From an uncultured archaeon (GTDB lineage Archaea > Thermoproteota > Nitrososphaeria > Nitrososphaerales > Gagatemarchaeaceae), in NCBI GenBank assembly GCA_963817525.1, contig CAWFOU010000001.1:1-64000 (forward strand): a stretch of 64,000 nt of DNA, read 5' to 3'. Under the pieces are notes generated by a model, which saw only the letters and a program-made list of their open reading frames with translations, was not told the DNA's origin and searched no databases. Position 1 is the first letter of the stretch; each line of letters begins with the position of its first letter. Made by a program: the position numbers and the translations under genes. This document shows positions 31,508 to 41,298 of the stretch, piece after piece.

Positions 31508-31951
31508 TCACGCGTGCCTTTCCCCGACACCGGGGAAACGGCTCACGTGGTGGTGGACTATCTTCCACTCGTCGCCGAACTTGCCCACGACCATGGTCAT
31601 GCGGGACTTGCCGCCCACCGTCGAGCCCTCGAAGGAGTAGTCGTTGACGAACACTCCCTTGAACTCCAGGTAGAACGTGGCTATCGCAATGAACCCGATC
31701 ACGTCGATCCTCAGCTCGTCTATCTTGTACTCGTAGTCGGAGATGTTCGCGAACCTGGCCTGCTCGTAGATGAAAGCGTCTTCGGAGTCCTGCCTTGTAT
31801 ACGGAGGGGACTCGTCGAACTTGCTAAAGTACTGAGTCGGCGCGAAGAACCTCGAGAGGTTGGTGATGTCCTTGCTCTTCCCCACCTCGAAGTAGGCCGT
31901 TATCAGGGCGGCCACGTCTTTTTTGCTCTGGTCGGGCTCGCGGGGTTCCAA
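31508..31951 (-). CDS. SnoaL/NTF2-like protein
   Basis: RMTMVV...WKIVHHHVS. Confidence 0.85.
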   Translation of the reverse strand: MEPREPDQSKKDVAALITAYFEVGKSKDITNLSRFFAPTQYFSKFDESPPYTRQDSEDAFIYEQARFANISDYEYKIDELRIDVIGFIAIATFYLEFKGVFVNDYSFEGSTVGGKSRMTMVVGKFGDEWKIVHHHVSRFPGVGERHA

Positions 31952-32003
31952 CGTGCGCGTCTCGACGGGCCGATAGATAAGCTGAGGAGAGGGGAGCGCG
32001 CCG

Positions 32004-32396
32004 TCAGATCCCCAGGACGCCCTTCGCGCGGAGGATGAGCCTATCCCTGATCGGCAGGTTGGCGACGGGCCCCGCGACCGGGATGAACCTTCCGTCCCGG
32101 AGCTCGAAGACTTGCTTGCCCGCAGACAGGGCGTGGTCCGCCTCCGGCTTCACCCCTTCGGTCACGTTCCCATAGTGCCTGGAGAAGACGAGGCAGTCAC
32201 ACGAGTCGACGAGCCCCATATAGAACTCGGTCTCCCGCCCTGGCTGGGGGGTCGTCTTCAGGGCGCTCGGGTCGACGACCTCGCAACCCGGGAAGCGGCC
32301 CGCGATCAAGGTCAAGTCCCTCCTCTCAGCCGAGCTCCCGTATGTCTTCATGGGATGGGAGTAGAAGACCCGCATAGAATCTGAAGTGGCCTTCAA
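32004..32396 (-). CDS. Hypothetical protein, possible nucleoside 2-deoxyribosyltransferase-like fold
   Basis: VFYSHP...VDSCDCLVF...TEGVKPEADHALSAGKQV. Confidence 0.55.
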   Translation of the reverse strand: MKATSDSMRVFYSHPMKTYGSSAERRDLTLIAGRFPGCEVVDPSALKTTPQPGRETEFYMGLVDSCDCLVFSRHYGNVTEGVKPEADHALSAGKQVFELRDGRFIPVAGPVANLPIRDRLILRAKGVLGI

Positions 32397-32401
32397 ATTA
32401 G

Positions 32402-33226
32402 TTAAGGGTTTGGTGGGCCGCGAGCCTCCCGTCCAACCTCAACGAGGTCGATGATCTGGCCGTAGGTCCGCCCGCACCTTTGGCACCGCCCCTCGACTAT
32501 CCTCCCGCCGCAGCCACAAAGGACGCGCGGCTCGTTCTTCCCTTCGCCCTTCCTGACCCGGTATCTCGCGAACAGCATCGGCTTCACGGGCCAGAGACGC
32601 GAGGTCTCAAGGTCAAGGGTTGCGAGGGGCGTCAGCCTCTCCGCCTTGCGCCCGAACCTGTTGTCGAATGCGCCGACACCGAGGACATCGACCCGCTCCA
32701 GCCCGGGGTGCGCGAACCTGCCTAGTGGCGTCGAGTATATCCTGTGTCCTTCCGCCGTCACCCTGATGAGCGGGCTGGGCCTCTCCACGCCCCTTCCGAG
32801 CTGGTTGGCGACCCCGAGCACGAAAGTCCCCCCGTGCCTCGACACCCTCACCACCTCGTCGAGGATGGGGTCGGGGTCGGGGAGGTGGTGGATCACCCTG
32901 ATCATCGCGACGAAGTCGAAGACGCTGTCGTCGAACGGCAGCCTATCGAGCTCGCTCCGCACCAGAGTGGTGTTGGAAAGCCTCGCCGACGCCATGCGAA
33001 GGTTGTTGAGAGAATAGTCCAGCATGAACATCTTCCCGATGCGCCTCTCCAGCACCTGGGTTATCCTACCGAACCCGCCCCCCAGCTCGATGCCGGTCTT
33101 CCCGACCGCCCATCGGGAGACGAGTTCCTTCTCCGCCCTGTCCTCGATACTCCTCCCCTTCCAGACCGTGGAGTAGTCGTAGCCCTCGTAGTCCGGGATG
33201 GTGGCCGATTCAGTCAAGACGCTCAT
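32402..33226 (-). CDS. Class I SAM-dependent methyltransferase with C-terminal Zn ribbon
   Basis: ELGGGFGR, LDYS, LPFDDSVFD, RVIHH; CGCGG...CQRCG. Confidence 0.88.
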   Translation of the reverse strand: MSVLTESATIPDYEGYDYSTVWKGRSIEDRAEKELVSRWAVGKTGIELGGGFGRITQVLERRIGKMFMLDYSLNNLRMASARLSNTTLVRSELDRLPFDDSVFDFVAMIRVIHHLPDPDPILDEVVRVSRHGGTFVLGVANQLGRGVERPSPLIRVTAEGHRIYSTPLGRFAHPGLERVDVLGVGAFDNRFGRKAERLTPLATLDLETSRLWPVKPMLFARYRVRKGEGKNEPRVLCGCGGRIVEGRCQRCGRTYGQIIDLVEVGREARGPPNP

Positions 33227-33257
33227 CTTCGTCGCCTTCGGAGCACATGGGCCGTGG

Positions 33258-34229
33258 CTACCGTTTTTCCAGGGCCTGATACATCTTCCCCAGCTCCGCG
33301 TACCTCCGTGAGGCGTACTCCAGCCGGCCCGGCTCTATCCAGGTCTGAAAAACGGAGTCTTGCTTTCCCCGCTTTGCTAGCCGTCGGTTCAGGACCCAAG
33401 CCTTGAGCGCGAGATACGGTCCTATCGTGTGAAACAACCAGAGGTTGGCGAGGTATAAGATGCGAGACCCCGTCTCGGAGGACGGGTACGTCTCGTCCCT
33501 CGTGCCAGTCTCCTTCAGCCTCCGCTCGTAGATGGCTGGGAAAAAAGCCCTCATCCAGGGTGAGCCTTCGAGGACCGCGTGGTAGGTGGCTTCGCCGGAG
33601 ATCAGCTTCGCGGTCAGAGTGTCACGGGCGCGGACGGCAGTCTTCGGGCTGCTGGGGTCTTCGATGGCCTGTCTCTTGTCCATCACGTAGCTGAAACAGA
33701 AGGGCGGGGCAGACCTATTTGAGAGAGTGCGGATCCTCGAGAGGATGAGGGCTTTGAGCATGAACAGCCACATTCCGTCGGTCTCCGTGATGCAATAGTA
33801 GTCGATGTCGTCGCTGTCGGCGGCAGAGAGGTAGGAGTTCGTCCCCGCGACGGCAGTGAATATGGTGTCCCTCCTGAACAGCCCTGAGAACGCCTTGGCG
33901 GCCTCGATGTTGGAGAGAGCGCGCCTTCTCCTCCTTTCGGCCTCCTCGATCGCCTTCCTCGCGGCTTCACGGTCAGACCCCGGCGCCACCAGCGCCATCA
34001 GCCCTTCCTCGACGTAGACCTTCGAGGCGAGCCACTCATCCGAGGCGAGGCTCTGTTCAAGCTCCTCTTCCGTCGCGTCGATCGCCAGCAGCCCTACCAG
34101 GTCGTCGATGGCCAGCGGCGCCCCCGACACCGCCGCTATCCTGCAGTACCCGAGCACCGCTTCCCTCTGCGCATCGTCCAAGGAGAATGGGACGCCTCCC
34201 GTCCTGCCTCGTCCAATCAGCGCCGTCAT
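33258..34229 (-). CDS. Pol-beta-superfamily nucleotidyltransferase-like protein
   Basis: AVAGTNSY...DDIDYYCIT (GS/DxD-like motif); start reassigned to MTALIG. Confidence 0.65.
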   Translation of the reverse strand: MTALIGRGRTGGVPFSLDDAQREAVLGYCRIAAVSGAPLAIDDLVGLLAIDATEEELEQSLASDEWLASKVYVEEGLMALVAPGSDREAARKAIEEAERRRRRALSNIEAAKAFSGLFRRDTIFTAVAGTNSYLSAADSDDIDYYCITETDGMWLFMLKALILSRIRTLSNRSAPPFCFSYVMDKRQAIEDPSSPKTAVRARDTLTAKLISGEATYHAVLEGSPWMRAFFPAIYERRLKETGTRDETYPSSETGSRILYLANLWLFHTIGPYLALKAWVLNRRLAKRGKQDSVFQTWIEPGRLEYASRRYAELGKMYQALEKR

Positions 34230-34415
34230 TCCTTGATGGGCCTTCGGACGACCATATGGATGAAGGCGGGGTGGCCGTGTTGCGCGCATCCTGTCGCGGC
34301 TCGCGTAGTTGCCCCGACGTCCACACGTGATTCCAACGGGCCTGACCATATCGTCCTGATAGATAAGCTGTGAATTTCACGATACGTTGAATAATTCGCT
34401 TGAGGGTCGAAAGCC

Positions 34416-35636
34416 GTGGGGGCAGCAGGCAGCTTCTTCGCGGACATCACCCGCGTCGACAGGTCGAGCCTGAGCGTCCAGACGGGGTTCAGGGCAGCCA
34501 TCTTGGCGATAACCCCCCTTGTACTCGGGCTCGCGATCGGCCAGCCTCAGTGGGTCTACGCCACCCTGGCCGCAATGATTCTCCTAAACACCGAGGGCCC
34601 GCCTGCCACCGCGCTCCCGCTCAGTGTCGTGCTCCTCGCATGCTTCACCGAGCCCCTCGCATTCTCGCTGGGCACTCTCGTGGGCCTCAGCGGGCTTTTC
34701 GCCGTCCCACTGGTCGGCGTCGGGGTCTTCATCGCGCGACTGTCGGTTGGGAACCCCCGACTCGCGCCCGTGGGGACTTTCACGGCGATCTTCTTCGCCG
34801 TGGGCGTGGGCCTGCCAGGCGGCTCGGTCCCCGACGCGTGGGTGCGGCTCTGGATCTGCCTCGCGGGTGCCTTCTGGGCGCTGCTGGGTGCCTGGGCCCA
34901 CCGGACCCTGGTCTCGAAGTGGCACATCGCAGGATCTCGGGGCGCCTTATCTGGGTCGTTCGGTCCGCGGGTGAGGGGCTATTTCCGGCTCCCTTCGACA
35001 CGGTCCGATGAGTTCCGCCTTGCCGCGGCGGTGGGTGCGGCTTCGGCGGCCGGCCTCGCGATAGGCTTGTCGCTGGGGTTCCCTAGGGACTTTTGGATAA
35101 TCGTGACTCTGCTCCTGGCGACTCGGCCTAGGCTAGGCCCCACCGTCTCCTCGGCGGCGATGTTGGTCCTCGGCACCATAGCTGGGGCTATTGTTGCGGC
35201 CGCGATAACTCTCGAGATCCACGAAGCCTACATCCTAGAACTTCTGCTTTTCGCCTTCGGGGTCGGCATGTTCGCCGCCAGAGGCGTGAACTTCGGGCTG
35301 GTGCAGATGTTCTTCACGCCGTTCCTGATAATCCTCCTCAACCTCCTGTATCCGGGGGAGTGGTATCTTGCGGGGGTCCGGATCCTGGACGTTGCGATAG
35401 GAGGCGCGCTGGCGGTCGCCACGGTCTATTTCTTGGGGGAGATCGGCGTAGAGCTGCACAACTTCGCGCGACGGGACCGGCGAGGGGCTGGTGGGGCGGG
35501 GGCTCCAGGAGAAGGCACGTCCCGGGGCCCACCGTCCTCCCAAAGCGCCTCAAGTGAAGCTATGGCCACGGACGGATCGTGTCGATGCGTCACTCTAGGC
35601 GGAGCTGAAGGCCCAGTTGCTTTGACAGGTTCCTGA
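34416..35636 (+). CDS. FUSC-family membrane protein
   Basis: Multiple TMs; WIIVT..., GTIAGA, RILDVAIGG; the low-complexity C-terminal tail is suspect. Confidence 0.8.
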   Translation: MGAAGSFFADITRVDRSSLSVQTGFRAAILAITPLVLGLAIGQPQWVYATLAAMILLNTEGPPATALPLSVVLLACFTEPLAFSLGTLVGLSGLFAVPLVGVGVFIARLSVGNPRLAPVGTFTAIFFAVGVGLPGGSVPDAWVRLWICLAGAFWALLGAWAHRTLVSKWHIAGSRGALSGSFGPRVRGYFRLPSTRSDEFRLAAAVGAASAAGLAIGLSLGFPRDFWIIVTLLLATRPRLGPTVSSAAMLVLGTIAGAIVAAAITLEIHEAYILELLLFAFGVGMFAARGVNFGLVQMFFTPFLIILLNLLYPGEWYLAGVRILDVAIGGALAVATVYFLGEIGVELHNFARRDRRGAGGAGAPGEGTSRGPPSSQSASSEAMATDGSCRCVTLGGAEGPVALTGS

Positions 35637-36543
35637 GGTCCTGGGCGACGTAGAAGAAGGCCATCCAGCTCCACTCGCCCCACCGCCGCAACCCCTCCTC
35701 CTTCACCTTCTCGATCGCTTCCCTCTTGTTCTCCGGCTCCTTCCCGAAGAAGAGGAGCCCGAAGACGTCGACCGACCACGCGTCGATGGGGAACCCTGCG
35801 TGCGGGTTGATGATGTCCGCCGCATAGTCCCCTATCCCGGGGAGCTCGACGAGCTTGTCCTTCGCCGCGCTCGGCGGCATTCCCATTATCTCTCGGATGT
35901 CCGGGAATCCCGCCTCGATCATCTTCGCCGACGCGACGATATACTTGCCCCTGTACCCGAGCTTGCACTTCTTCGCGAACTCCCCAGGGTCTAGCATGGC
36001 GATCCTCCGAGCGGTCGGCTGCAGGAGGACCCGCTTCCCGTCGAACTCGATTGTCTCGCCGTAGATGCGGTTGATCGCCTCCATCATGTCGTTGCTCCTC
36101 TTCAATCTGGCCATCTGGAGGCAGATGGCGAGGATGACGGAGTTGAAGAGGGTCGCCGCCTGGGTGTCGTGCATGCCGTAGAGGCTCTCGACCGCGTGCT
36201 TCAGTATCTCGTCATTCATCGCGAACCCGTAGAACCCCCGCAGGTCCTGCTCCGCTCCCAGGCACACTGACAGGGTCTCGCGAAGCGTCTCGGTCTCGGC
36301 GCGGGTGACGGGACTCCGAGAGTAGACCTCTACCGACACCCGGGGCTTCGCTATCGTGCCCCGCGAAGAGATCCTCAGCCCGAAGGTCCTTCCCTTGAGA
36401 CGGATGCCGGTCCAAAGCGTCCCCTCCTCGAAGACCTCGCCTGAGGTGAACAGGTCCCAGCCAGCCGGCTTCCTGACCGTCAGATGGAAGTTGAACGGCG
36501 GAAGAGGGGCGATATCGAGGCTCCCCACCCGCCGCAGTCTCAT
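35590..36543 (-). CDS. HhH-GPD DNA glycosylase (AlkA/OGG-like)
   Basis: LGYRGKYI, LVELPGIGDYAAD (HhH), FPIDAW catalytic Asp. Confidence 0.88.
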   Translation of the reverse strand: MRLRRVGSLDIAPLPPFNFHLTVRKPAGWDLFTSGEVFEEGTLWTGIRLKGRTFGLRISSRGTIAKPRVSVEVYSRSPVTRAETETLRETLSVCLGAEQDLRGFYGFAMNDEILKHAVESLYGMHDTQAATLFNSVILAICLQMARLKRSNDMMEAINRIYGETIEFDGKRVLLQPTARRIAMLDPGEFAKKCKLGYRGKYIVASAKMIEAGFPDIREIMGMPPSAAKDKLVELPGIGDYAADIINPHAGFPIDAWSVDVFGLLFFGKEPENKREAIEKVKEEGLRRWGEWSWMAFFYVAQDLRNLSKQLGLQLRLE

Positions 36544-36609
36544 GTCGAGCCCTCAGGCGAAGGCTGATTTAATCAGGCGCCAGGGTCGCGGCTGGCGGCC
36601 GGACTAGCG

Positions 36610-37014
36610 TTACTTCTTGGATTTTGACTTCTTCTTCTTTTTCGGTGGAGGCGGCGCGCTCTGGAAGAGTGCGATGAGGTTCCCCTCGGGGTCGGCTCCG
36701 ATGAAGGACCAGCCTATCGTCGGTATCTCGGCCTTGGCCACGACCTCCCTGCCTCCCGCTTTCTGGAATGTCTCAATCGCCTTGTCGATCTTGTCGACGG
36801 CGATGTAGTTCCTGGGAACGTCGCCCGCCCCTGTCCTCTTGTACATCCCTCCAAAGACGCCCTTCCCCCTCGGGCCGGTGATGATCGTCCAGTAGTCCAT
36901 GTCTTGCATCTGCTGCTTGTCGAACTTCCATCCGAAGACGTCGGAGTAGAACTTCGACAGCCGTTCGACATCGTTCGCGGGTATCTCAAAATGCACTACA
37001 GTCTTTATGACCAT
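36610..37014 (-). CDS. VOC/glyoxalase family protein with Lys-rich tail
   Basis: VVHFEIPA, FYSDVFGW, DPEGN. Confidence 0.9.
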   Translation of the reverse strand: MVIKTVVHFEIPANDVERLSKFYSDVFGWKFDKQQMQDMDYWTIITGPRGKGVFGGMYKRTGAGDVPRNYIAVDKIDKAIETFQKAGGREVVAKAEIPTIGWSFIGADPEGNLIALFQSAPPPPKKKKKSKSKK

Positions 37015-37275
37015 GCTCTCACCGTTAGTCGACTGATATTTAATCGCCACCTCTATACTTACTATAGCCAATCAGCACGTTCGCGGAGGGTTGATGGCCT
37101 TCATCCCGTTCTCAAGTCATCCGGGGGCACGAAGGTATATGCAGGGCGGCCCTAAGCCAGGGGAGGGCCTCCATGTCGAAGAGAACGCGCAGGATAGTCA
37201 TCTTGTTCATGCTTTTCCTTCTGCTCGTCTCCGGGTTCTTTGGATTCATACTCACCTCGCTCTGAGGCGAGGCAC

Positions 37276-37556
37276 TCACCCCATCGTCCCGTGCTCGGCA
37301 TAGAGGTGCTCGTCCATCTTGGCCGAGTCCACCCGCGCCCCGCAGGTCTGGCACACGATGGGTTGGTCGTCGAGCTCCGGCTGGCTGGTGAGGGCCGGGA
37401 AGCCCTCGTCCATGTCGGCGGTCGTCGGAAGCATGTGCCTCTCGAAGCAATCGATGCACAGGTCCCTGCGGCAGAGCAAGCACCCGACTTCAGCTTTCTT
37501 CTTGCCGCATGACTGGCAGACGCTCGTGGCCTACTTCCTCTGGTGAGGCGAGCAAC
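37276..37556 (-). CDS. Small zinc-finger protein (B-box-like plus C2H2), frameshift near 37530
   Basis: CQSCGKKKAEVGCLLCRRDLCIDCFERH...CQTCG...EHLYAEH; an in-frame start requires removing one base. Confidence 0.6.
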
Positions 37557-37636
37557 CTCGTCGCTCAAATGCCTTTTCGAGGTCTAGCTGCAAAGATTGG
37601 TGACCTATTTAACGCCCGAGGAAGATTAGGCTTGAT

Positions 37637-38422
37637 TTGGCTATCGTAGCAGTCTCGGACCAGCATCTAGGAATCGAGACCGCGGACAAGGCAGCTTTCA
37701 TCCGCTTCCTCGACCAGCTTCAATCCGACGCGAGCGTGACGGACCTGGTCCTTCTCGGCGACGTCGTCGACATGTGGAGAAGGGACGCCTCCGGGGTCTT
37801 CCTCGAGAACAAGGACGTCGTGGACAGGGTCATCCTGCTCCAGAAAAGGATGCGCGTCTACTACATCGCCGGCAACCACGACTTCCACGTCCTGAAGCTT
37901 CAAGGCCGGGGGTACCCTCTCAGCTTCATGAGGAACCTCACGCTTCAGCAAGATGGGGTGTCGTGCAGATTCATGCACGGCTGGGAGTTCGACGAGATGC
38001 AGAGGGAGCACTTCATGGAGTCGCTCTGCCACGGCATGTCCGACGAGAAGGGCGACCGGGACACGAGCATCTGGGCCAATCTCAGCCGAGACAAAGGCGA
38101 CCTGCAGCACCTCCTCTCGATCATCTTCAACAAGGACAGCTACGAGCGCACAATGAAGACGCTCCAACTAGACCCTCAGGAGAGGCTCGAGGGCAAGCTC
38201 GAGGGACTGGAGAAGAAGGCCTGCTCCACGGTCCAGCCTGGCGAGGTCCTCGTCTTCGGGCACACTCACAGGCCTTTCGTCAACCAGGCGGAGAACGCCG
38301 CGAACACCGGCTCTTGGATCACCACCGCGCCCATCCACAACACGTACGTGCGGCTGGAGGGTGGGAAACCGAGGCTGTTCGTCTTCGAGGGCGCGGAGCT
38401 TACCGAGAGAGAGCACAGCTGA
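37637..38422 (+). CDS. Calcineurin-like metallophosphoesterase (LpxH-like)
   Basis: SDQHLG, GDVVD, GNHD, HG, GHTH, NTGSW. Confidence 0.9.
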   Translation: MAIVAVSDQHLGIETADKAAFIRFLDQLQSDASVTDLVLLGDVVDMWRRDASGVFLENKDVVDRVILLQKRMRVYYIAGNHDFHVLKLQGRGYPLSFMRNLTLQQDGVSCRFMHGWEFDEMQREHFMESLCHGMSDEKGDRDTSIWANLSRDKGDLQHLLSIIFNKDSYERTMKTLQLDPQERLEGKLEGLEKKACSTVQPGEVLVFGHTHRPFVNQAENAANTGSWITTAPIHNTYVRLEGGKPRLFVFEGAELTEREHS

Positions 38423-38481
38423 TTCCGCTGCGTGTTGTCGAGCCTTGACGGCTCGATTGCGGGTATAGTGGAAGTGTGAAG

Positions 38482-38601
38482 CGGCGTCGGACCGACTCGA
38501 ACGGTCGACCAACTGGTTAACAGCCAGTTGCTTTTGGCGAGCTCCTTATCGGAGTTCTACCATGCCCCCCGGCACTCTCAGTGCCTCTGAGCTACGACGC
38601 C
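38482..38601 (-). tRNA. tRNA-Asn(GUU) with two D-arm introns (38565-38586 at 15/16; 38533-38556 at about 22/23)
   Basis: Spliced form GGCGTCGTAGCTCAG-CATGGTAG-AGCAACTGGCTGTTAACCAGTTGGTCGACCGTTCGAGTCGGTCCGACGCCG, a 74-nt cloverleaf; both introns form hairpins. Confidence 0.88.
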
Positions 38602-38781
38602 AGGTAGCGCCGGCTTCCCTTTCTTCCGTATTTGGCCTTTGCGCTGAACGTGTAGGCTTTCGGGAGGCTGGAATCAAAAACGTGGACAATAACGTCGCGA
38701 GCGCCACCTGGCTAGAAAGTGAAGTTTTGCACGGGCGCCCTCGGAGTGGGCGCTTAAGTTTGCATGTAACGTCTAGCTTGC

Positions 38782-39242
38782 TTGATGAAGAAGAGGGTCC
38801 TAGTAGCGCTCCTCAAGCGACGCATCTCGACCGAAAAGATTGCAAAGAGACTCAATCGTAGTCCTGGCAACGTCTTGTATTGGGAGCGAAAGTATGGACT
38901 CCGGCCGGCGTTTGCCTCCATGGGAAATGGGCGAAGAATTCGATCGCCCGAAGAAATGTCCGCATACATGATCAGCAACCCCACGCTTCGCCGTAGGGAA
39001 CTGAAAGCGAAGGCCATCGCCTACAAAGGAGGTAAATGCGTATTTTGTGGCTACACCCGATGCAACGCCGCATTGGAGTTTCACCATCTTGATAGGAAAG
39101 CGAAATCTTCGGCCTCTCCAGGAAAGGTATTATCAGGTCGTGGAATTCAATACAGACTGAGCTCGACAAATGCGTGCTCATCTGCGCAGATTGCCATCGC
39201 GAGGTCGAAGTCGGTGTGAGGACCTTTCCTCCCGGCGCCTAG
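38782..39242 (+). pseudogene. HTH-HNH endonuclease, frameshifted near 39105
   Basis: KGGKCVFCGY..CNAALEFHHLD, continuing in another frame as IFGLSRKGIIRSWNSIQTELDKCVLICADCHREV*. Confidence 0.78.
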
Positions 39243-39334
39243 GTTCTCCCATTCCAAAGAGTCTCGCCAACGACTCAAGGGCCTTGCCTGTCTGCTTGGT
39301 CCAGAGTTCCTCATAATCGCCCTTCGATAGTTGC

Positions 39335-40057
39335 TTACAACCCCCGTCGATTGCCCCAGAGCAGAATGTGAAGGCGGAGAGAGAATCGGAACCCTCTCTC
39401 CTTGCATACCTCAACAAGCCATCTGCTCCTCTCGAGGAGGATAGCCGCGTCGATCCCCTCCGGCATCAGTATCACCGTGCCCCTTGGAATCACGAACCGC
39501 GAAATCATCGCCTCGACCTCGTCGAGGTCCTTCTTGTCGCACACGACGAACTTGAACCATGCCTTCCCGGACCCCACAAAGGCCCGCAGCGCATCCGGTC
39601 GCGTCCTCACGCCCTCCTCGTCGAGGCTGTTGGAGATCTTGGGTGAGACGTTGAAGCATTCGACCGACCTCGCAAAGTCAGCGCTCGGCGCTATCGTCCC
39701 GTTGGTCTCGACCTCGATGAAGAACCCCTCGCTCCTAAGGGTCGCGAGGAGAGGCGCTAGCACCCTCTGGTGCAGGAGCGGCTCGCCCCCCGTAAGGACC
39801 AGGTGTTTGCAGCCGAGGCTGGTCACCCTCTCAATCACCGCTGCGACGGACATGGGGACGTACTCCACGCCCGCCTTCGCCTTGTCTTGGTCCAGCCAGG
39901 TGTACTTGCTGTCGCACCACGTGCACGTCAGGTTGCAACGATAGGTGCGCAGGAACACGCTCGGGGTCCCCGAGTGGACCCCCTCCCCCTGGATGCTGAG
40001 GAAAATCTCCGATACCGGCAACTGCTCTTCTGCTGTTTGCACTCTTTTCTCCTCCAA
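39335..40057 (-). CDS. queE: 7-carboxy-7-deazaguanine synthase (radical SAM)
   Basis: SIQGEG, CNLTCTWCDS, TGGEPLL, ETNG, SPK, RLH. Confidence 0.93.
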   Translation of the reverse strand: MEEKRVQTAEEQLPVSEIFLSIQGEGVHSGTPSVFLRTYRCNLTCTWCDSKYTWLDQDKAKAGVEYVPMSVAAVIERVTSLGCKHLVLTGGEPLLHQRVLAPLLATLRSEGFFIEVETNGTIAPSADFARSVECFNVSPKISNSLDEEGVRTRPDALRAFVGSGKAWFKFVVCDKKDLDEVEAMISRFVIPRGTVILMPEGIDAAILLERSRWLVEVCKERGFRFSLRLHILLWGNRRGL

Positions 40058-40195
40058 CTCCGGGATTTTTTAGAGGCGGAACGGACGGAGGCCCGCTCAA
40101 CCCGCCTATGTCATGCTGCCGCGCCCGTCGCTATTTAGCTTTCGCCCGATCGACGCTTGGCAGCTCTGGAAATCCGCCTCGGGCGGTGTGCGACC

Positions 40196-41137
40196 CTAGG
40201 TCACCGTGAGAGAGGTGACGCTGATCGTGGTGTCGTATGGCGTCGCAACCCCATTCACCGTCGACGATCCGGCTATCGCCAGGTATGTGACTAGCTTGGT
40301 GCTGCTCCCGGAGGGGGTTCCCACGGAGAGCGCGAAGTTCGTTAGAGTGGTGGGGGTGCCGTTGCAAGGCGTTATCGTCTGCGGAAGCGTGTTCGCGACG
40401 TAGTTCGTCACCTTGAATGTGTTGGTCCCGAGCGTCACGCTAGATGTCCCTGTCGACTTGAAGTACTGGTTGGAGGTATAGGTGGAGAGCTGGTTAGCGG
40501 CCTGTATCTCCGCCGAGAAGCCCGCGAAGAGGCCTACCACCATGCTCCCGCTGATGGAGCTTGTCAGGTTGTATCCGGCCTCATTTATGGCGATAGCGGT
40601 CCCATTGCTCCTAAGGATCCACGCTGTGGAATTCATGTTCTGGCCCTCTCCTTGGAAGTTCAGGTTGACCTTGAAGGTAGTCGCGCTGGCGTACACGACG
40701 CTATATGACTCCGTGATGCTCACCGCCTGTCCGCCGGACGTGCCGTTGAACTGCAGCCCCAGCGCGGAGAACGCGCTGAGGAGAGGCACGACGCTCGCCT
40801 CCGTGGAGGTGGTAGACGTGCTCGACGAAGTGCAGGAAGTCGAGACCGCGCTTGCCGTGCTGCTCGAAGTCGTGGAGCTACTAGAGGACTTTGTGGAGCT
40901 ACTGGAGCTCGAGATCATGGCCGAGCTTGTCGAGGACGACGAGGAGCTCGTCACCATGGCGGACGAGAGGGAAGATGAACTCATGGAGCTTGAGACCATC
41001 AAGGAAGAACTCGAAGTAGTCGAGGAGGACGACTTGGCCGACAAGGCTTCGTACGCCCCAATCCCTACAACGCCGATTACAACTATAGCAATTACCGCGA
41101 TGGCCAGCGGGGCCATCCCCTTTGACTTGTGATACAT
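40196..41137 (-). CDS. Ser/Thr-rich membrane-anchored surface glycoprotein
   Basis: KG|MAPLAIAV class-III-like leader and TM, poly-Ser linker, NxT/S sequons. Confidence 0.8.
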   Translation of the reverse strand: MYHKSKGMAPLAIAVIAIVVIGVVGIGAYEALSAKSSSSTTSSSSLMVSSSMSSSSLSSAMVTSSSSSSTSSAMISSSSSSTKSSSSSTTSSSTASAVSTSCTSSSTSTTSTEASVVPLLSAFSALGLQFNGTSGGQAVSITESYSVVYASATTFKVNLNFQGEGQNMNSTAWILRSNGTAIAINEAGYNLTSSISGSMVVGLFAGFSAEIQAANQLSTYTSNQYFKSTGTSSVTLGTNTFKVTNYVANTLPQTITPCNGTPTTLTNFALSVGTPSGSSTKLVTYLAIAGSSTVNGVATPYDTTISVTSLTVT

Positions 41138-41298
41138 CAGTATGTGGCAACGACTGAGACTATATAAGCGCGCGGAGGATTGTTCGCGCAGACGAAGCTA
41201 ACAAAGTCCGCCTGGTCGCCCAGCGCTCAAGCCTAGTAAGGATGATTCTAACACTAACCATATAACGGAGATAATGCGGAATATTCGACAGTGAACCG

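Noticed and set aside
39335-40057. queE plus HNH as a 7-deazaguanine DNA-modification (dpd) defence island
   Set aside because: No dpdA/tgt-like, queC, queD or folE gene nearby; queE has host-like codon usage and is explained by archaeosine synthesis
40790-41040. Low-complexity repeats as a tandem-repeat element
   Set aside because: Encodes the poly-Ser/Thr linker of a surface protein
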